Shown here: in pieces, positions 8,601 through 21,100 of the stretch | Layout of the letters: every line of letters starts with the position of its first letter | How positions within the stretch are numbered: position 1 is the first letter of the stretch | Position numbers and translations under genes: made by a program | Notes under the pieces: model-generated | Database searches by the model: none | Told to the model about the DNA's origin: nothing | The model's input: the letters and a program-made list of their open reading frames with translations, nothing else | Assembly: GCF_024166365.1 (NCBI RefSeq) | Contig: NC_064841.1 | Span: 46,247,680-46,311,679 of the forward strand | DNA length: 64,000 bases | Reading direction: 5' to 3' | Source: Elephas maximus | Taxonomy: Eukaryota

Positions 8601-11600
8601 AGCTGATGTTGCCTCTGAGCTCTCTTATTTGGAAAAGAGTGTGTAGTTACACACTTTGAGCTGTCGAAAGGCACTTGGATTGGTTAGGATTTCACCATGC
8701 ACTTTGTTTTCCCTGGGCAACAGTGTACATTCACAATCTCTTAACGCTAACACTGTGAATTTGCTCCTTGCCAGCATAGCGCTATGGCGATGTAGATTTT
8801 CAAAGAAACCTTGCATTTCCAAGAGCAAATTACCGACTTCATTGCAGGAAAGAGAAAAGAGAAGACAGTGTCTCTCATACATCCTTACTTTTGTCAAAGG
8901 ACTGGATGAAGTCAGGGAGATCTTTCTATCACTGAGAAATATGCCAGCTGATGTTGCCTCTGAGCTCTCTTATTTGGAAAAGAGTGTGTAGTTACACATT
9001 CTGAACTGTGGAAAGACACTTGGGTTGGTTATGATTTCACCATGCACTTTGTTTCCCCTGGGCAACAATGTGCTCTCACAAGCACTTAACGCTAACACTA
9101 CGGACTTGTTCCTCCTCAAAGAACACGGCTACCACAGTGTAGTTTTCCTGAGGAAAGCTTCATTTGCAGGGCCAAATTTGCCGAGCTCATTGTAGGAAAG
9201 AGAAACGAAATGACGGTTTTCTCATTCTGACTGATTTTGTCAGAAGGCTGGATGAATTCGAGAATTATTTCTTTTACCGAGAAGCACGCAAGCTGATGTT
9301 GCTCTGAGCTCTGTTCTTTGGAAATAATGTAAACTGACATGCAATAAACTGAGGAAGGACACGAGTTTGCTAGGATTTCACTATGCACTGTGTTTCCCCT
9401 AGGCGTCAGTGTGCTCTCAGGATCTCTTAACGGTAACAATATGTACTTTTTTCCTACAGGAAGAGATGTTACTGGTTTGTACTTTGGCCTAGGAAACCTT
9501 GCTTCTGCAAGTGCAAAGTTAAAAGAGTTTCTGCAGGAAAGAGAATACAAAAGGCCGTTTTCTCCCTTGGCATCAGTGAGCTTTCACAATCTCTTAACGC
9601 TAACTCTATAAAGTTGCTCCTCTGCAAGCATAGCACTATGGAGATGTAGATTTTCAAAGAAACCTTGCATTTGCAAGAACAAACTACTGAGATCATTGCA
9701 GGAAAAAGAAAAAAGAAGACAGTTTCTCTCATACACCCTTCCTTATCTCAGAGGACTGAATGAAGTCAGGGAGTTCTTTCTTTCACTGAGAAACATGCAA
9801 GCTAATGTTGCCTCTGAGCTCTCTTATTTGAAGATAAGTGTGGCATTACACACTTTGAACTGTGGAAAGACACTTGGGTTGGTTTGGATTTCACCATGCA
9901 GTTTGTTTCCCCTGGGCAAGAACATGCATTCACAATCTCTTAAGGCTAACACTATGTAGTTGCTTGTCTACAAGGTTAGTGCTACCGCAATGTAGTTTCT
10001 CAGAAGAAACCTTGCATTCGCAAGAGCAAATTACCGAGCTCATTGCAGGAAAAAGAAAACAAAAGACAGTTTCTCTCATACTGCCTCCTTTTATCAGAAG
10101 ACGGGATGGGGTCAAGGAGCTCTTTCTCTTGCTGAGAAACATGCAAGCTGATGTTGCCTCTGAGCTCTCTTATTTGGAAAATATTGTGTAGTTACACACT
10201 TTGAACTGTGGAAAGACACTTCTTTGGTTAGGATTTCACCGTGCACTTTGTTTCCTCTGGGTGGCAGCAACGTGCTTTCACAACCATTTAACACTAACAC
10301 TATGAACTTGTTCCTCTTCAAAGAACACGGCTACTGCAGTGTAGATTTCCCGAGGAAACCTTGCGTTTGCAAGTGCCAAATTTGCTGAGTTCATTGTAGG
10401 AAAGAGAAACTAAATGACGGTTTTCTCATTCTGACTGGTTTCGACAGAAGACTGGACAAATTCAGAGAGTTCTTTCTTTCACTGAGAAACATCCAAGCTG
10501 ATGTTGCCTCTGCTCTGTTCTTTGGAAATAACGTAAAACTGGGGAAAGACACGGGTTTCCTAGGATTTCACTATGCACTGTGTTTTCCCTGGGCATCAGT
10601 GTGCTCTCAGGATTTCTTAACGGTAACAATATGTAGTTGTTTCTCTGCAGGAAGAGATGTTACTGGTTTGTAGTTTGGCCTAGGAAACCTTGCTTTTGCA
10701 AGTGCGAAGTTACCGAGTTCCTTCAGGAAAGAACACAAAACATGGTTCTAACCCTGGGCGTCAGTGTGCTTTCACAATGTCTTAACGCTAACACTTGAAG
10801 TTGCTCCTTGTAAGCACAGCATTACGGCGATTTAGATTTTCAAAGAAACCTTGCGTTTGCAAGAGCAAATTACCGACTTCACTGCAGTAAAGAGAAAAGA
10901 GAAGACAGTTTCTCTCATATAGCCTTGCTTTTCTCAGAGGACTGGATGAAGACAGGGAGATCTTTGTATCACTGAGAAATATGCAAGCTGATGTTGCCTC
11001 TGAGCTCTTTTATTTGGAAAAGAGTATGAAGTTACACACTTTGAACTGTAGAAAGACACAGGTTGGCTAGGATTTCACCATGCATTTTGTTTCCCCTGGG
11101 CAACAACGTGTTTCACAAGTTCTTAACACTAACACTACGGACTTGTTCCTCTTCAAAGAACAGGGCTATCGCAGTGTAGTTTTCCAGAGAAAAGCTTATG
11201 CTTGCAAGGGCCAAAATTGCAAAGCTCATTGCAGGAAATTGAAACCAAAAAATGGTTTCCAATTCTGACTGCTCCATCAGAGGACTGGACGAACTCAGAG
11301 AGTCTTTTCTTTCACAGAGAAACATGCAAGCAGAATTTTCCTCTGACCTCTGTTCTTTGGAAATAACATAAATTGTCATGATTAAACTATTGAAAGACAC
11401 AGGTTTGCTAGGATTTCACTATGCACAGGGTTTTCCTTGGGCACCTGTGTGTTCTCAGGATATCTTAACGCTAACACTACATAGTTGTTTTTCCACAGGA
11501 AGAGATGTGACTGGTTTGTAGTTTGGCCTAGGAAATCTTGCTTCTTCAAGTACAAAGTTAAAGAGTTCCTGCAGGAAAGAGAATATAAAAGGCCGTTTTC

Positions 11601-14600
11601 TCCCTGGGCATAAGTGTGCTTTCACAATCTCTTAACGCTAGCTTCTCTGCAAGCATAGTGCTACGGAGATGTAGATTTTCAAAGAAACCTTGCATTTGCA
11701 AGAGCAAATTATTGAGATCATTGCAGGAAAGAGAAAAGAGGAGACAGTTTCTCTCTTACAGTCTTGCTTTTCTCAGAGGACTGAATGAAGTCAGGGAGTT
11801 CTTTCTTTCACTGAGAAACATGCAAGCTAATGTTGCCTCTGAGCTCTCTTATTTGGAGACGAGTGTGGCATTCCACACTTTGAACTGTGGAAAGACACTT
11901 GGGTTGGTTAGGATTTCACCATGCACTTTGTTTCCCGTGGGCAACAAAGAGCTTTCACAACCACTTAACACTAACACTACGGGCTTGTTCCTCCAAATAA
12001 CACAGCTACCGCAGTGCAGTTTTCCTGAGGAAACCTTGCGTTTGCAAGGGCCAAATTTGCTGAGCTCACTGGAGGAAAGAGAAACTAAACGATGGTTTTC
12101 TCCTTCTGACTGGTTTCGTCAGAAGACTGGATGAAGTCAGAGTTATTTCTATCACTAAGAAACATGGAAGCTGATGTTGCCTCTGCTCTGTTCTTTGGAA
12201 ATAATGTAAATTGACATGCATTAAACTGCGGAAGGACACGGGTTTTGTAGGATTTCACTATGCACTGTGTTTTCCCTGGGCGTCAGTGTGCTCTAAGGAT
12301 TTCTTAACGGTTACAATATGTAGTTGTTTCTCTGCAGGAAGAGATGTTATTGGTTTGTCGTTTGGCCTAGGAAACCCTGCTTTTACAAGTGTAAAGTTAC
12401 CAAGTTCCTTCAGGAAAGAGAATACAAAAGGCGGTTTTCTCCCTGGGCATCACCGTGCTTTCAGAATCTCTTAACGCTAACACTATGAAGTTGCTCCTTG
12501 CAAGCATAGCTCTACGGCGGTGTAGTTTTTCATGGAAACCTTACATTTGAAAGAGCAAATTCCCAACTTCATTGCAGAAAAGAGAAAGAAGAAGACAGTT
12601 TCTCTCATACAGCCTTGCTTTTCTCAGAGCACTGGATGATGTCAGGGACATCTATCACTGAGAAATATGCAAGCTGATGTTGCCTCTGAGCTCTCTTCTT
12701 TGGAAATAACATAAATTGACATGCCTTAAACTGGGGAAGTACACGGGTTTCCCAGGATTTCTCTATGCACTGTGTTTTCCCTGGACATCAGTGTTCTCTC
12801 AGGATCTCTTAACGGTAACAATACGTAGTTGTTACTCCACAGGAAGAGATGTTACTGGGTTGTTGTTTGGCCTAGGAAACCTTGTGTGCAAGTGCAAAGT
12901 TACGAGTTCATGTAGGAAAGAGAGAGAATACAAAAGAACATTTTCTCTCTGGGTGTCAGTGTGCTTTCACAATCTCTTAACGCTAACACTGTGTAGTTGT
13001 TCCTCTTGAAGGATGGTGCTACGGCGATGTAGAATTTCAAAGAAGCCGTGCGTTTGCAAGAGCAAATTACCGACTTCATTGCAGGAAAGAGAAAAGAGAA
13101 GACAGTTTCTCTCATACGGCCTTGCTTTTCTCAGAGGACTGAATGAAGTCAGGGAGTTCTTTCTTTCACTGAGAAACAAGCAAGTTGATGTTGCCTCTGA
13201 GCTCTCTTATTTGGAGATGCGTGTGGCATTCCACACTTTGAACTGTGGAAGGATACCCGGGTTAGTTAGGATTTCACCATGCACTTTGTTTCCCCTGGGC
13301 AACAACGTGCTTTCACAACCACTAACACTACGGACTTGTTCCTCTTTAAAGAATATGGCTACTGCAGTGTAGTTTTCCTGAGGAAACCTTGCATTTCTGA
13401 GGGCCAAATTTCCTGAGCTCTTTGTAGGAAAGAGAAACCAAACAACAGTTTCTCATTCTGACTGCTTTCATCAGAGGACTGAACGAATTGAGAGAGTTCT
13501 TTCTTTCACTGAGAAACATGCAAGCTGATGTTTCCTCTGAGCTGTGTTCTTTGGAAGCAATGTAAATTATCACGCAGTAAACTACTGAAAGACACGGGTT
13601 TGAGTGGATTTCACTATGCACTGTATTTTCCCTGAGTGTCAACGTGCTCTCAAGATCTCTTCACAGTAACAATACGTACTTGTTTCTCTGCAGGGAGAGA
13701 TGTTACTGGTTTCTAGTTTGGCCTAGGAAACCTTGCATTGCAAGTGCAAAGTTACCGAGTTCCTGTGGGAAAGAATACAAAAGACCATTTTCTCCCTGGG
13801 TGTCAGTGTGCTTTCGCAATCTCTTAAGGCTAACACTCTGTAGTTCCTCTGGAAGGATAGTGCTATGGCGATGTAGATTTTCAGAGAAACCTTGCATTTG
13901 CAAGAGCAAATTACCAAGATCACTGCAGGGAAAAGAGAAGACAGTTTCTCTCATACTGCCTCCTTTTCTCAGAGCACTGAGTGAAGTCAGGGAGTTCTTT
14001 CTTTCCCTGAGAAACATGCAAGCTGATGTTGCCTCTGCTCTGTTCTTTGAAAATCACACAAATTGTCATGCATTAAACTGCTGAAAGACAAGGGTTTGCT
14101 AAGATTTTGCTATGCATCTTGTTTTCCCTGGGCATCTGTGTGCTCTCAGGATATCTTAATGGTACCACTACATAGTTGTTTCTCTGCAGGGACAGATATG
14201 ATGGCTTTGTAGTTTGGCCTAGGAAACCTTGCTTCTGCAAGTGCAAAGTTAAAGAGTTCCTGCAGCTAAGAGAATACAAAAGGCCGTTTTCTCCCTGGGC
14301 ATCAGTGTGCTTTCACAATCTCTTAACGCTAACTCTATAAAGTTGCTCCTACATAAGCATACCACTAAGGCGATGTAGATTTTCAAAGAAGCCTTGTGTT
14401 TGCAAGAGCAAATTACCGACTTCATTGCAGGAAAGAGAAAAGAGAAGACAGTTTCTCTCATACAGCCTTGCTTTTCTCAGAGGACTGAATGATGTCAGGG
14501 AGTTCTTTCTTTCACTGAGAAACATGCAAGTTGATGTTGCCTCTGAGCTCTCTTATTTGGAGACGAGCGTGCCTTTCCACACTTTGAACTGTGGAAAGAC

Positions 14601-16600
14601 ACTGGGTTGCTTAGGATGTCACCATGCACTTTGTTTCCCCTGGGCAACAACGTGCTTTCACAACCACTTAACGCTAACACTACGGACTTGTTCCTCTTCA
14701 AATAACACAGCTACCACAGTGTAGTTTTCCTGAGGAAACCTTGCATTTGCAATGGACAATTTTGCCGAGCTCATTGTGGGCAAGAGAAACCAAACAACGG
14801 TTTTCTCATTCTGACTGGTTTCCACAGATGACTGGACGAATTCTGAGAGTTCTTTCTTTCATTGAGAAACATGCAAGCCGATGTTGCCTCCGAGCTCTCT
14901 TCTTTGGAAATAATGTAAATTTACATGCCTTCAACTGGGGAAGTACACAGGTTTCCTAGGATTTCTCTATGTACTGTGTTTTCCCTGGGCGTCAGTGTTC
15001 TCTCAGGATCTAATGGTAACAATAGGTAGTTGTTACTCCACAGGAAGAGATGTTACTGGTTTGTAGTTTGGCCTAGGAAACCTTGCATTGCAAGTGCAAA
15101 GTTACTGAGTTCATGTAAGGAAGAGAATACAAAAGACCGTTTTCTCCCTCGGTGTCAGTGTGCTTTCACAATCTCTTAAGGCTAACACTGTGTAGTTCCT
15201 CTGGAAGGATAATGCTACCATGATGTAGATTTTCAAAGAAGCCTTGCATTTGCAAGAGCAAGATACCCAGATCACTGCGGGGAAGAGAAAAGACAGTTTC
15301 TCTCATACTGCCTCCTTTCCTCAGAGGACTAGATGAAGTCAGGGAGTTCTTTCTTCAACTGAGCAATATGCAAGCTGATGTTGCCTCTGAGCTCTCTTTT
15401 TTGGAAAAGAGTATGAAGATACACACCTTGAAGTGTGGAAAGACACTTGGGTAACTTAGGATTTCACTATGCACTTTAGTTTCCCTGGGCAAAAATGTGC
15501 TTTCACAATCTCTTTTCCTTAACACTACATTCATGTTCCTCTTTAAAAAACAGGGCTACCGCAGTGTAGTTTTCCTGTGGAAAGTTTGCGTTTGCAAGGG
15601 CCATATTTGCTGAGCTTATTGTAGAAAGAGAAACCAAACAACTGTTTCCCATTCTGACTGCTTTCGTCAGAGGACTGGACGAAGTCAGAGTTCTTTCTTT
15701 CACTGAGAAACATGCAAGCTGGTGTTTTCTCTGAGCTCTGTTCTTTGCAAGTAATGTAAGTTGTCACACATTAAACTACTGTAAGACACGGGTTTGCTTG
15801 GATTTCACTATGCACTGTGTTTTCCCTGGGGTGTCAATGTGCTCTCAGGGTCTCTTAACGGTAACAATACGTAGTTGTTTCTCTGCAGGGAGAGATGTTA
15901 TTGCTTTGTAGTTTGGCCTAGGAAACCTTTCTTTTGCAAGTGCAAAGTTACTGAGTTCCTGCAGGAAACAGAATACAAAAGACCCTTTTCTCCTTGGGCT
16001 TCAGTGTGCTTTCACAATCTCTTAGCACCAACACTGTTTCCTTGCAAGGGTAGCGCCACCGTGTTGCCATTTTTCGGAAGAAACCTTGCTTTTGCAAGAG
16101 CAAATTACCTAGTTCATTGCAGGAAAGAGAAAAGAAAGTTTCTCTCATACTGCCTGCTTTTCTCAGAGGACTGGATAAAGTCAAGGAGTTCTTTTTTTCA
16201 CTGAGAAACATGCAAGCTTGTTGCCTCTGAGCTCTTTTATTTGGAAAAGAGTGTGTAGTTACACACTTTGACCTGTGGATAGACATCTGGGTTGTTTAGG
16301 ATTTCACCATGCACTTTGTTTTCCCTGAGTGACAACGTCCTTTCACAAGCTCTTAATGCTAACACTACAGATTTGTTCCTCTTCAAAGAACACGGCTACT
16401 GCCGTGTAGTTTTCCTGAGGAAACTTTGGGTTTTCAAAGGCCACATTTGCCAAGCTCTTTGTAGGAAAGAGAAACCAAATGAGAGTTTCCCATTCTGACT
16501 GCTTTCATCAGAGGACTGGATGAAGCCAGAGAGTTCTTTCTTTCACTGAGAAACATGCAAGCTGATGTTGCCTCTGAGCTCTGTTCTTTGTAAATAACAT
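8600..16600. repeat. Satellite A, domain S2: ~845-bp higher-order repeat (~2.5 x 345 bp), ~9.5 units
   Basis: The marker (C/T)ATTAAACTG(C/G)GGAAGGACACGGGTTTGCTAGGATTTCACTATGCACTG recurs at 9348, 10540, 11385, 12222, 12727, 13590, 14075, 14930, 15775 and 16610. Spacings are mostly 835-863 bp, with deletion variants (485, 505) and one expanded unit (1192). Units 845 bp apart are ~85-92% identical by eye; adjacent sub-units are much more divergent. Confidence 0.8.
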
Positions 16601-18190
16601 AAATTGGCATGTGTTAAATTGGGGAAAGACATGGATTTGCTAGGATCAAATTACAGAGTTCATTGCAGGAAAGAGAAAAGACAATTTCTGTCATACTGCC
16701 TGCTTTTCTCAGAGGACTGGATGCAGTCAGAGAGTTTTTTCTTTTACTGAGAAACATGCAAGCTGATGTGGCCTCTGGGCTCTCTTAATTGAAAATGAAT
16801 GCAAGGTTACATCCATTGGTGTGCAGGGAGATACTTGGGGTGGCTAGGGTTTCAAAATTCAGTTTGTATTCCCTGGCGTCACTGCTTGCTGACAACATCT
16901 TAATGCTAAATCTATGTGTTAGTTCCTTTGCAAGGAGAGCAGCTACCGCGACGTTGTTTTTCTGAGGAAGCCTTGCAGTTGCAAGAACCAAAGTTACCTC
17001 GTTTATTGCAGGAAAAAGTAACCAAAAGACAGATTCCCTTATTCTACCTGCTTTCGTCAGAGGACTGGTTGAAGGCAGAGATTTTTTCTCTTTGTGAGAA
17101 ACATGCAGTTGTTGACTGCGCTCTCTTCCTTAGAAAAGAATGGAAAGTTATACCCTTTGAATAGTGGTTAATGTGCTTTCACAAAATCTTAACATTAACA
17201 CTACATATTTGTTCCTCTGCAAGAACAGGGGCTACCGCGATTCAGTCTTACTGGGGAAACCTTGCTTTTGCAAGAGCCAAAGTTACTGAGCTCTTTGCAG
17301 GAAAGAGAAACCAAAAGGCAGTTTTCCCACTCTCCCTGCTTTCCTCAGAAGACTGGATGAAGTCAGAGTGTTCTTTTGCTGATAAACATGCAAGCAATGT
17401 TGACTTTGCTCTCTCGTATTAGAAAAACAGTGGAAAGTTACCAAGTTTCATGCCAGAAAGAGAAACCAAAGGACAGTTTCTCTCATTCTGCCTGTTTTCA
17501 TTACAGGACTGGATGAAGTCAGAGAGTTTTTTCTCTTACTGAGAAACATGCAAGCTGATGTTGCCTCTGTGCTCTCTTCCTTGGAAAAGAATGGAAAGTT
17601 ACACCTATTGAACAGTGGGCATACATTGGGTTTGCTAGGATTTCTACATGCACATTTTTTTATCGTGGATGTTAAGGTGCTTTCACAAAATCTTAAGGCT
17701 AACTCTATGTTGTGTTCCTCTGCAAGAACAGGGGCTACCATGATGTAGTCTTGCTTAGGAAACCTTGTGTTTCCAAGAGCCAAACTTACCAAGTTTAATG
17801 CCAGAAAGAGAAACCAAAAGACAGTTTTTCTCATTCTGCCTGCTTTCCTCCGAGGACAGGATGAAGTCAGAGAGTTCTTTGTCTTACTTAGAAACATGCA
17901 AGCTGATGTTGCCCCTGTGCTCTCTTCCTTGGAAAAGAATGGAAAGTTACACTCATTGAACTGCAGGCAGACACGGGTTTCAATATGCACATTATTTTGC
18001 TTGGTGTCAATATGTTTTCACAATATCAACGCCGACACTAAGTAGTTGCTCCTCTGCAAGAACAGGGGCTTCCATGATGGAGATTTGCTGAGGAAACCTT
18101 GCATTTGCAAGAGCCAATGTTACCGAGTTCATTGCCAGAAAAAGAAACCAAAAGAGTTTCTCTCATTCTGCCTGCTTTCTTCAGAGGAGT
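16600..18190. repeat. Satellite A, domain S3: divergent ~345-bp units at the array edge
   Basis: Recognisably the same family (GAAACATGCAAGCTGATGTTGCC(T/C)CTGTGCTCTCTTCCTTGGAAAAGAATGGAAAGTTACAC) with ~345-bp spacing (17540, 17885), but not homogenised with S2. Confidence 0.7.
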
Positions 18191-21100
18191 TTTCTTTAGG
18201 CCTCTGAATTACTTCATAAATTTTTGAGAGGTTTTTCTGGTTTTGTACCCCAGTTTAAGGCCTTTTAGAAACTACTTTCTATAATGCCTCAGCCTATTCA
18301 TGCCCTCCTTTGAATAGTAGTCCCACTCTGGATCAATTCCCGGGACTGCATTATCGGCTGGCAATTTGTCAGGATTCTGGGGGTTTTATTGGTCGAACAA
18401 ATTTTCTGTTTACTAAATGCTAATAGAAAAAAGATAAGAGTGGAAAATCTTTTGTGTTCTCTTTGATTGGCTTTATATGAAAAGTTCTTTAAAAGAATTT
18501 TCAGGATTTTCTCATCTATTGTCTTTATCTCAGGGCTCAGTCAATGTTTCTTTCTGAGTCCTTGTGAGTCCTTGTTATCCCAGCTCCAGCTAGGTTACAT
18601 TTTCTATGCTCAAGGACAGGGAACACATCGATGATCAATACCTGGACTTTGTTGAGCTCCTAGATGGCAGCCATTTCAGGCTCTTTAAACTGATGGTGCT
18701 GGCCTTCCTCCGGATACCATCTGGTTCTTCACCAGGGTCTTGTAAGAGCAAAGTTCTCATCAATTGCAGACTTAGTGTACATCAACATTTTAGCCCTATG
18801 CTTCTCTTTTGCCTTTTAAATATGTAAGACAATAGAGGATAAATTTTATTATGTCTAATACTATCAGGACTATCCCTTGCAGTAGTGACCTAGCTCATGT
18901 ACTTATTCTTGATAGTAACCAACTCAATAAATCTGGTGTTTGTAAGGGTGTTACATTGTATAACCAAGTAGCTTGTTGTCTAATTCTATGTGTTCTACTT
19001 TACTTGTGTTATTTAACAAGAGGTATTTGTTACAGCAGAGACTACACTTTTCTTGGACCAATAAATAAAAATCTAAGGCTATTCTGTTATGTCATGTCAT
19101 CTTGGCTTAATGAGGCCAGAGATCACTGTGGTGTTTTCACCCCACTAGCAACTTAGTCTGTTATTTATCCCATAGTGATTGATAAATTTCTTAAAGATTT
19201 CTCCAACTCAAATATACTATTTTACAATGGGTAACAAATTTAACATGACCTTTCTAATATTTACCATGGATATCTAAAGAAAATCTTAAAGTTCCCAAAG
19301 TGTACTGTCTATGTATTTATCAGGAATTTAAACAAGAATTGTCTTCATAAATTCACTATCAATTGGAAATTAGTATAGGTGAATATATCACATAAAAACG
19401 TATCTAGAAGGAACAAAGCTTGTCCAGAGAGAACAGAAAATATAGAAAAACTTACATATGTCAACTAAGTTTTCATTACAGAATTTATGATTAACAAGAT
19501 AATACAGGATGGACTTCTCATGTTGGAGGTCTCTAGTTAATCTGTCTGAAACTTAGTAAGTGTTCTCCCTGAGGGCAAGCTGCCCCTCCTTGGTTTACCT
19601 ATTAACAGTCATGGGTCAGTTTCTCAGAAGCAGAAGTGGAATCTAAGACGAAATGGAGCCTGACTCAAGAGATCGATCTCTTTGAGAACCTGATTTTCTT
19701 AAGGTACATAATTTTCTGTACAGCAAGGGGGTGAGGGTTTGATTATAAACATTAGACAGGTATTTTATACAATATTGTCTTGCAGACTGATTAAACCAAT
19801 AACTGATTTACCCTAAACATAACTCTTATTTACTGATCTTGGGAATCATTTTCTAAAAACAGACTGAATTCTTTTTAAAAAAAAAACAAAACACAACATT
19901 CAGAGAAAAAAATAATCTTGTTAGTTTATCTGGACAATTGTTTACCTCAAAGTGGCTTCAGGAATCAGTTTTTTTTTTTTTCCTTCAAAATTTGAGGTTC
20001 AAAAGGACATCCAAAGGCAATGGCCTGTGTGGGTTGCCCCAACCTCTATGAAAGCCAGAAATCTGGATTCTGGGAGAATTACATACAACTATCTCACGGT
20101 TTTCTCTTTTGGATCTTGACCTTTTTATAGAATCTTTGATCAAAAATGCTCAATCACTATCTGTTTTTAAGATCTCAGGCACCATACAGCAAATCAGGAG
20201 GTAGGATAGAACACACTAATGTTAGGCCAATTGTTTGAAATAACCAATGAAACCATGATCCAAATGTCTTTGAACCAAGGAAACAAATCTCATGAGGTGT
20301 TTGTACATAAACAGCATCAGTAACTGCTTTTCATGTGCCTCAGCATTCTGCCAAACCTGTTAACTCAAGAGTTACAATATCTAAACCCACTAGTTAGATA
20401 ATTTAGGAGAAGAGGAATATGGTTTCTTATCTCTAGAAAGTAGGACCTTAAAGCATTTCTTATTTCCAGAAAGAAAAACCTTAAAACGTCTGTAATATTC
20501 CCACATAAAACCCATAGCATCATATCATTTACTCAGCCTTATGTAGTTAACTTCTGTTCCATGTGATACTGGGTCAACCACAGTCTGTGAACCCATCAGC
20601 ATTTGCATAAGAATTTTGGAAATTTCTGTTGAGTCTAGTCACACTCCCTTTCATAAGTCCAACATAGCCCATCTTTTTTTGTTGAGCTATTCTGGTCAAA
20701 TGTTTGCAGAAAGTAAAAACTTATCTGTAGATGACAAAACTTAATATGGTCATGATTAATTTATAAACATAATTCCTACTGGTGAAAGACATGATAGAAA
20801 TTAATTACAAGCACAAACAAAGACCAAATAAAATCAGTTAAAAAAAAAGTTTTAGAACCGTATTTTTAAAGAACTTCAGATGTAACACATAATAATCTTC
20901 AGACATAATACCATGTAGTCAGGGTGTATGAAGAATATACCAAGGCCATCAAGTCTCCAAAATACCTGAACAGCAACAATAACTTCATAGGTAAATGATG
21001 TGAATTCTCCAAACTATTGATTTTAATGATGCTAAAAAATCTATAAATACGTTTGCAACCAAGTTAGCAATTAAGATGACATAATATTATGTATTAGTTG

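Noticed and set aside
17448-17990. 180-aa ORF on the minus strand (and the 172-aa ORF 11616-12134, 146-aa ORF 13644-14084) inside satellite A
   Set aside because: These are tandem-repeat artefacts. The peptides repeat with the satellite period (for example ...SACMFLSK(R/T)KNSLTSS...RMR(K/E)TV(F/L)WFLFLA twice). There are no domains, and the frames are not maintained between units.
5855-18190. Possibility that the regular tandem arrays (satellite A, satellite B) are CRISPR arrays
   Set aside because: The units are 115-345 bp with no alternation of a conserved repeat with unique spacers. There are no cas-like ORFs, the flanking content is mammalian TEs, and higher-order periodicity is present. 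These are satellite DNAs.
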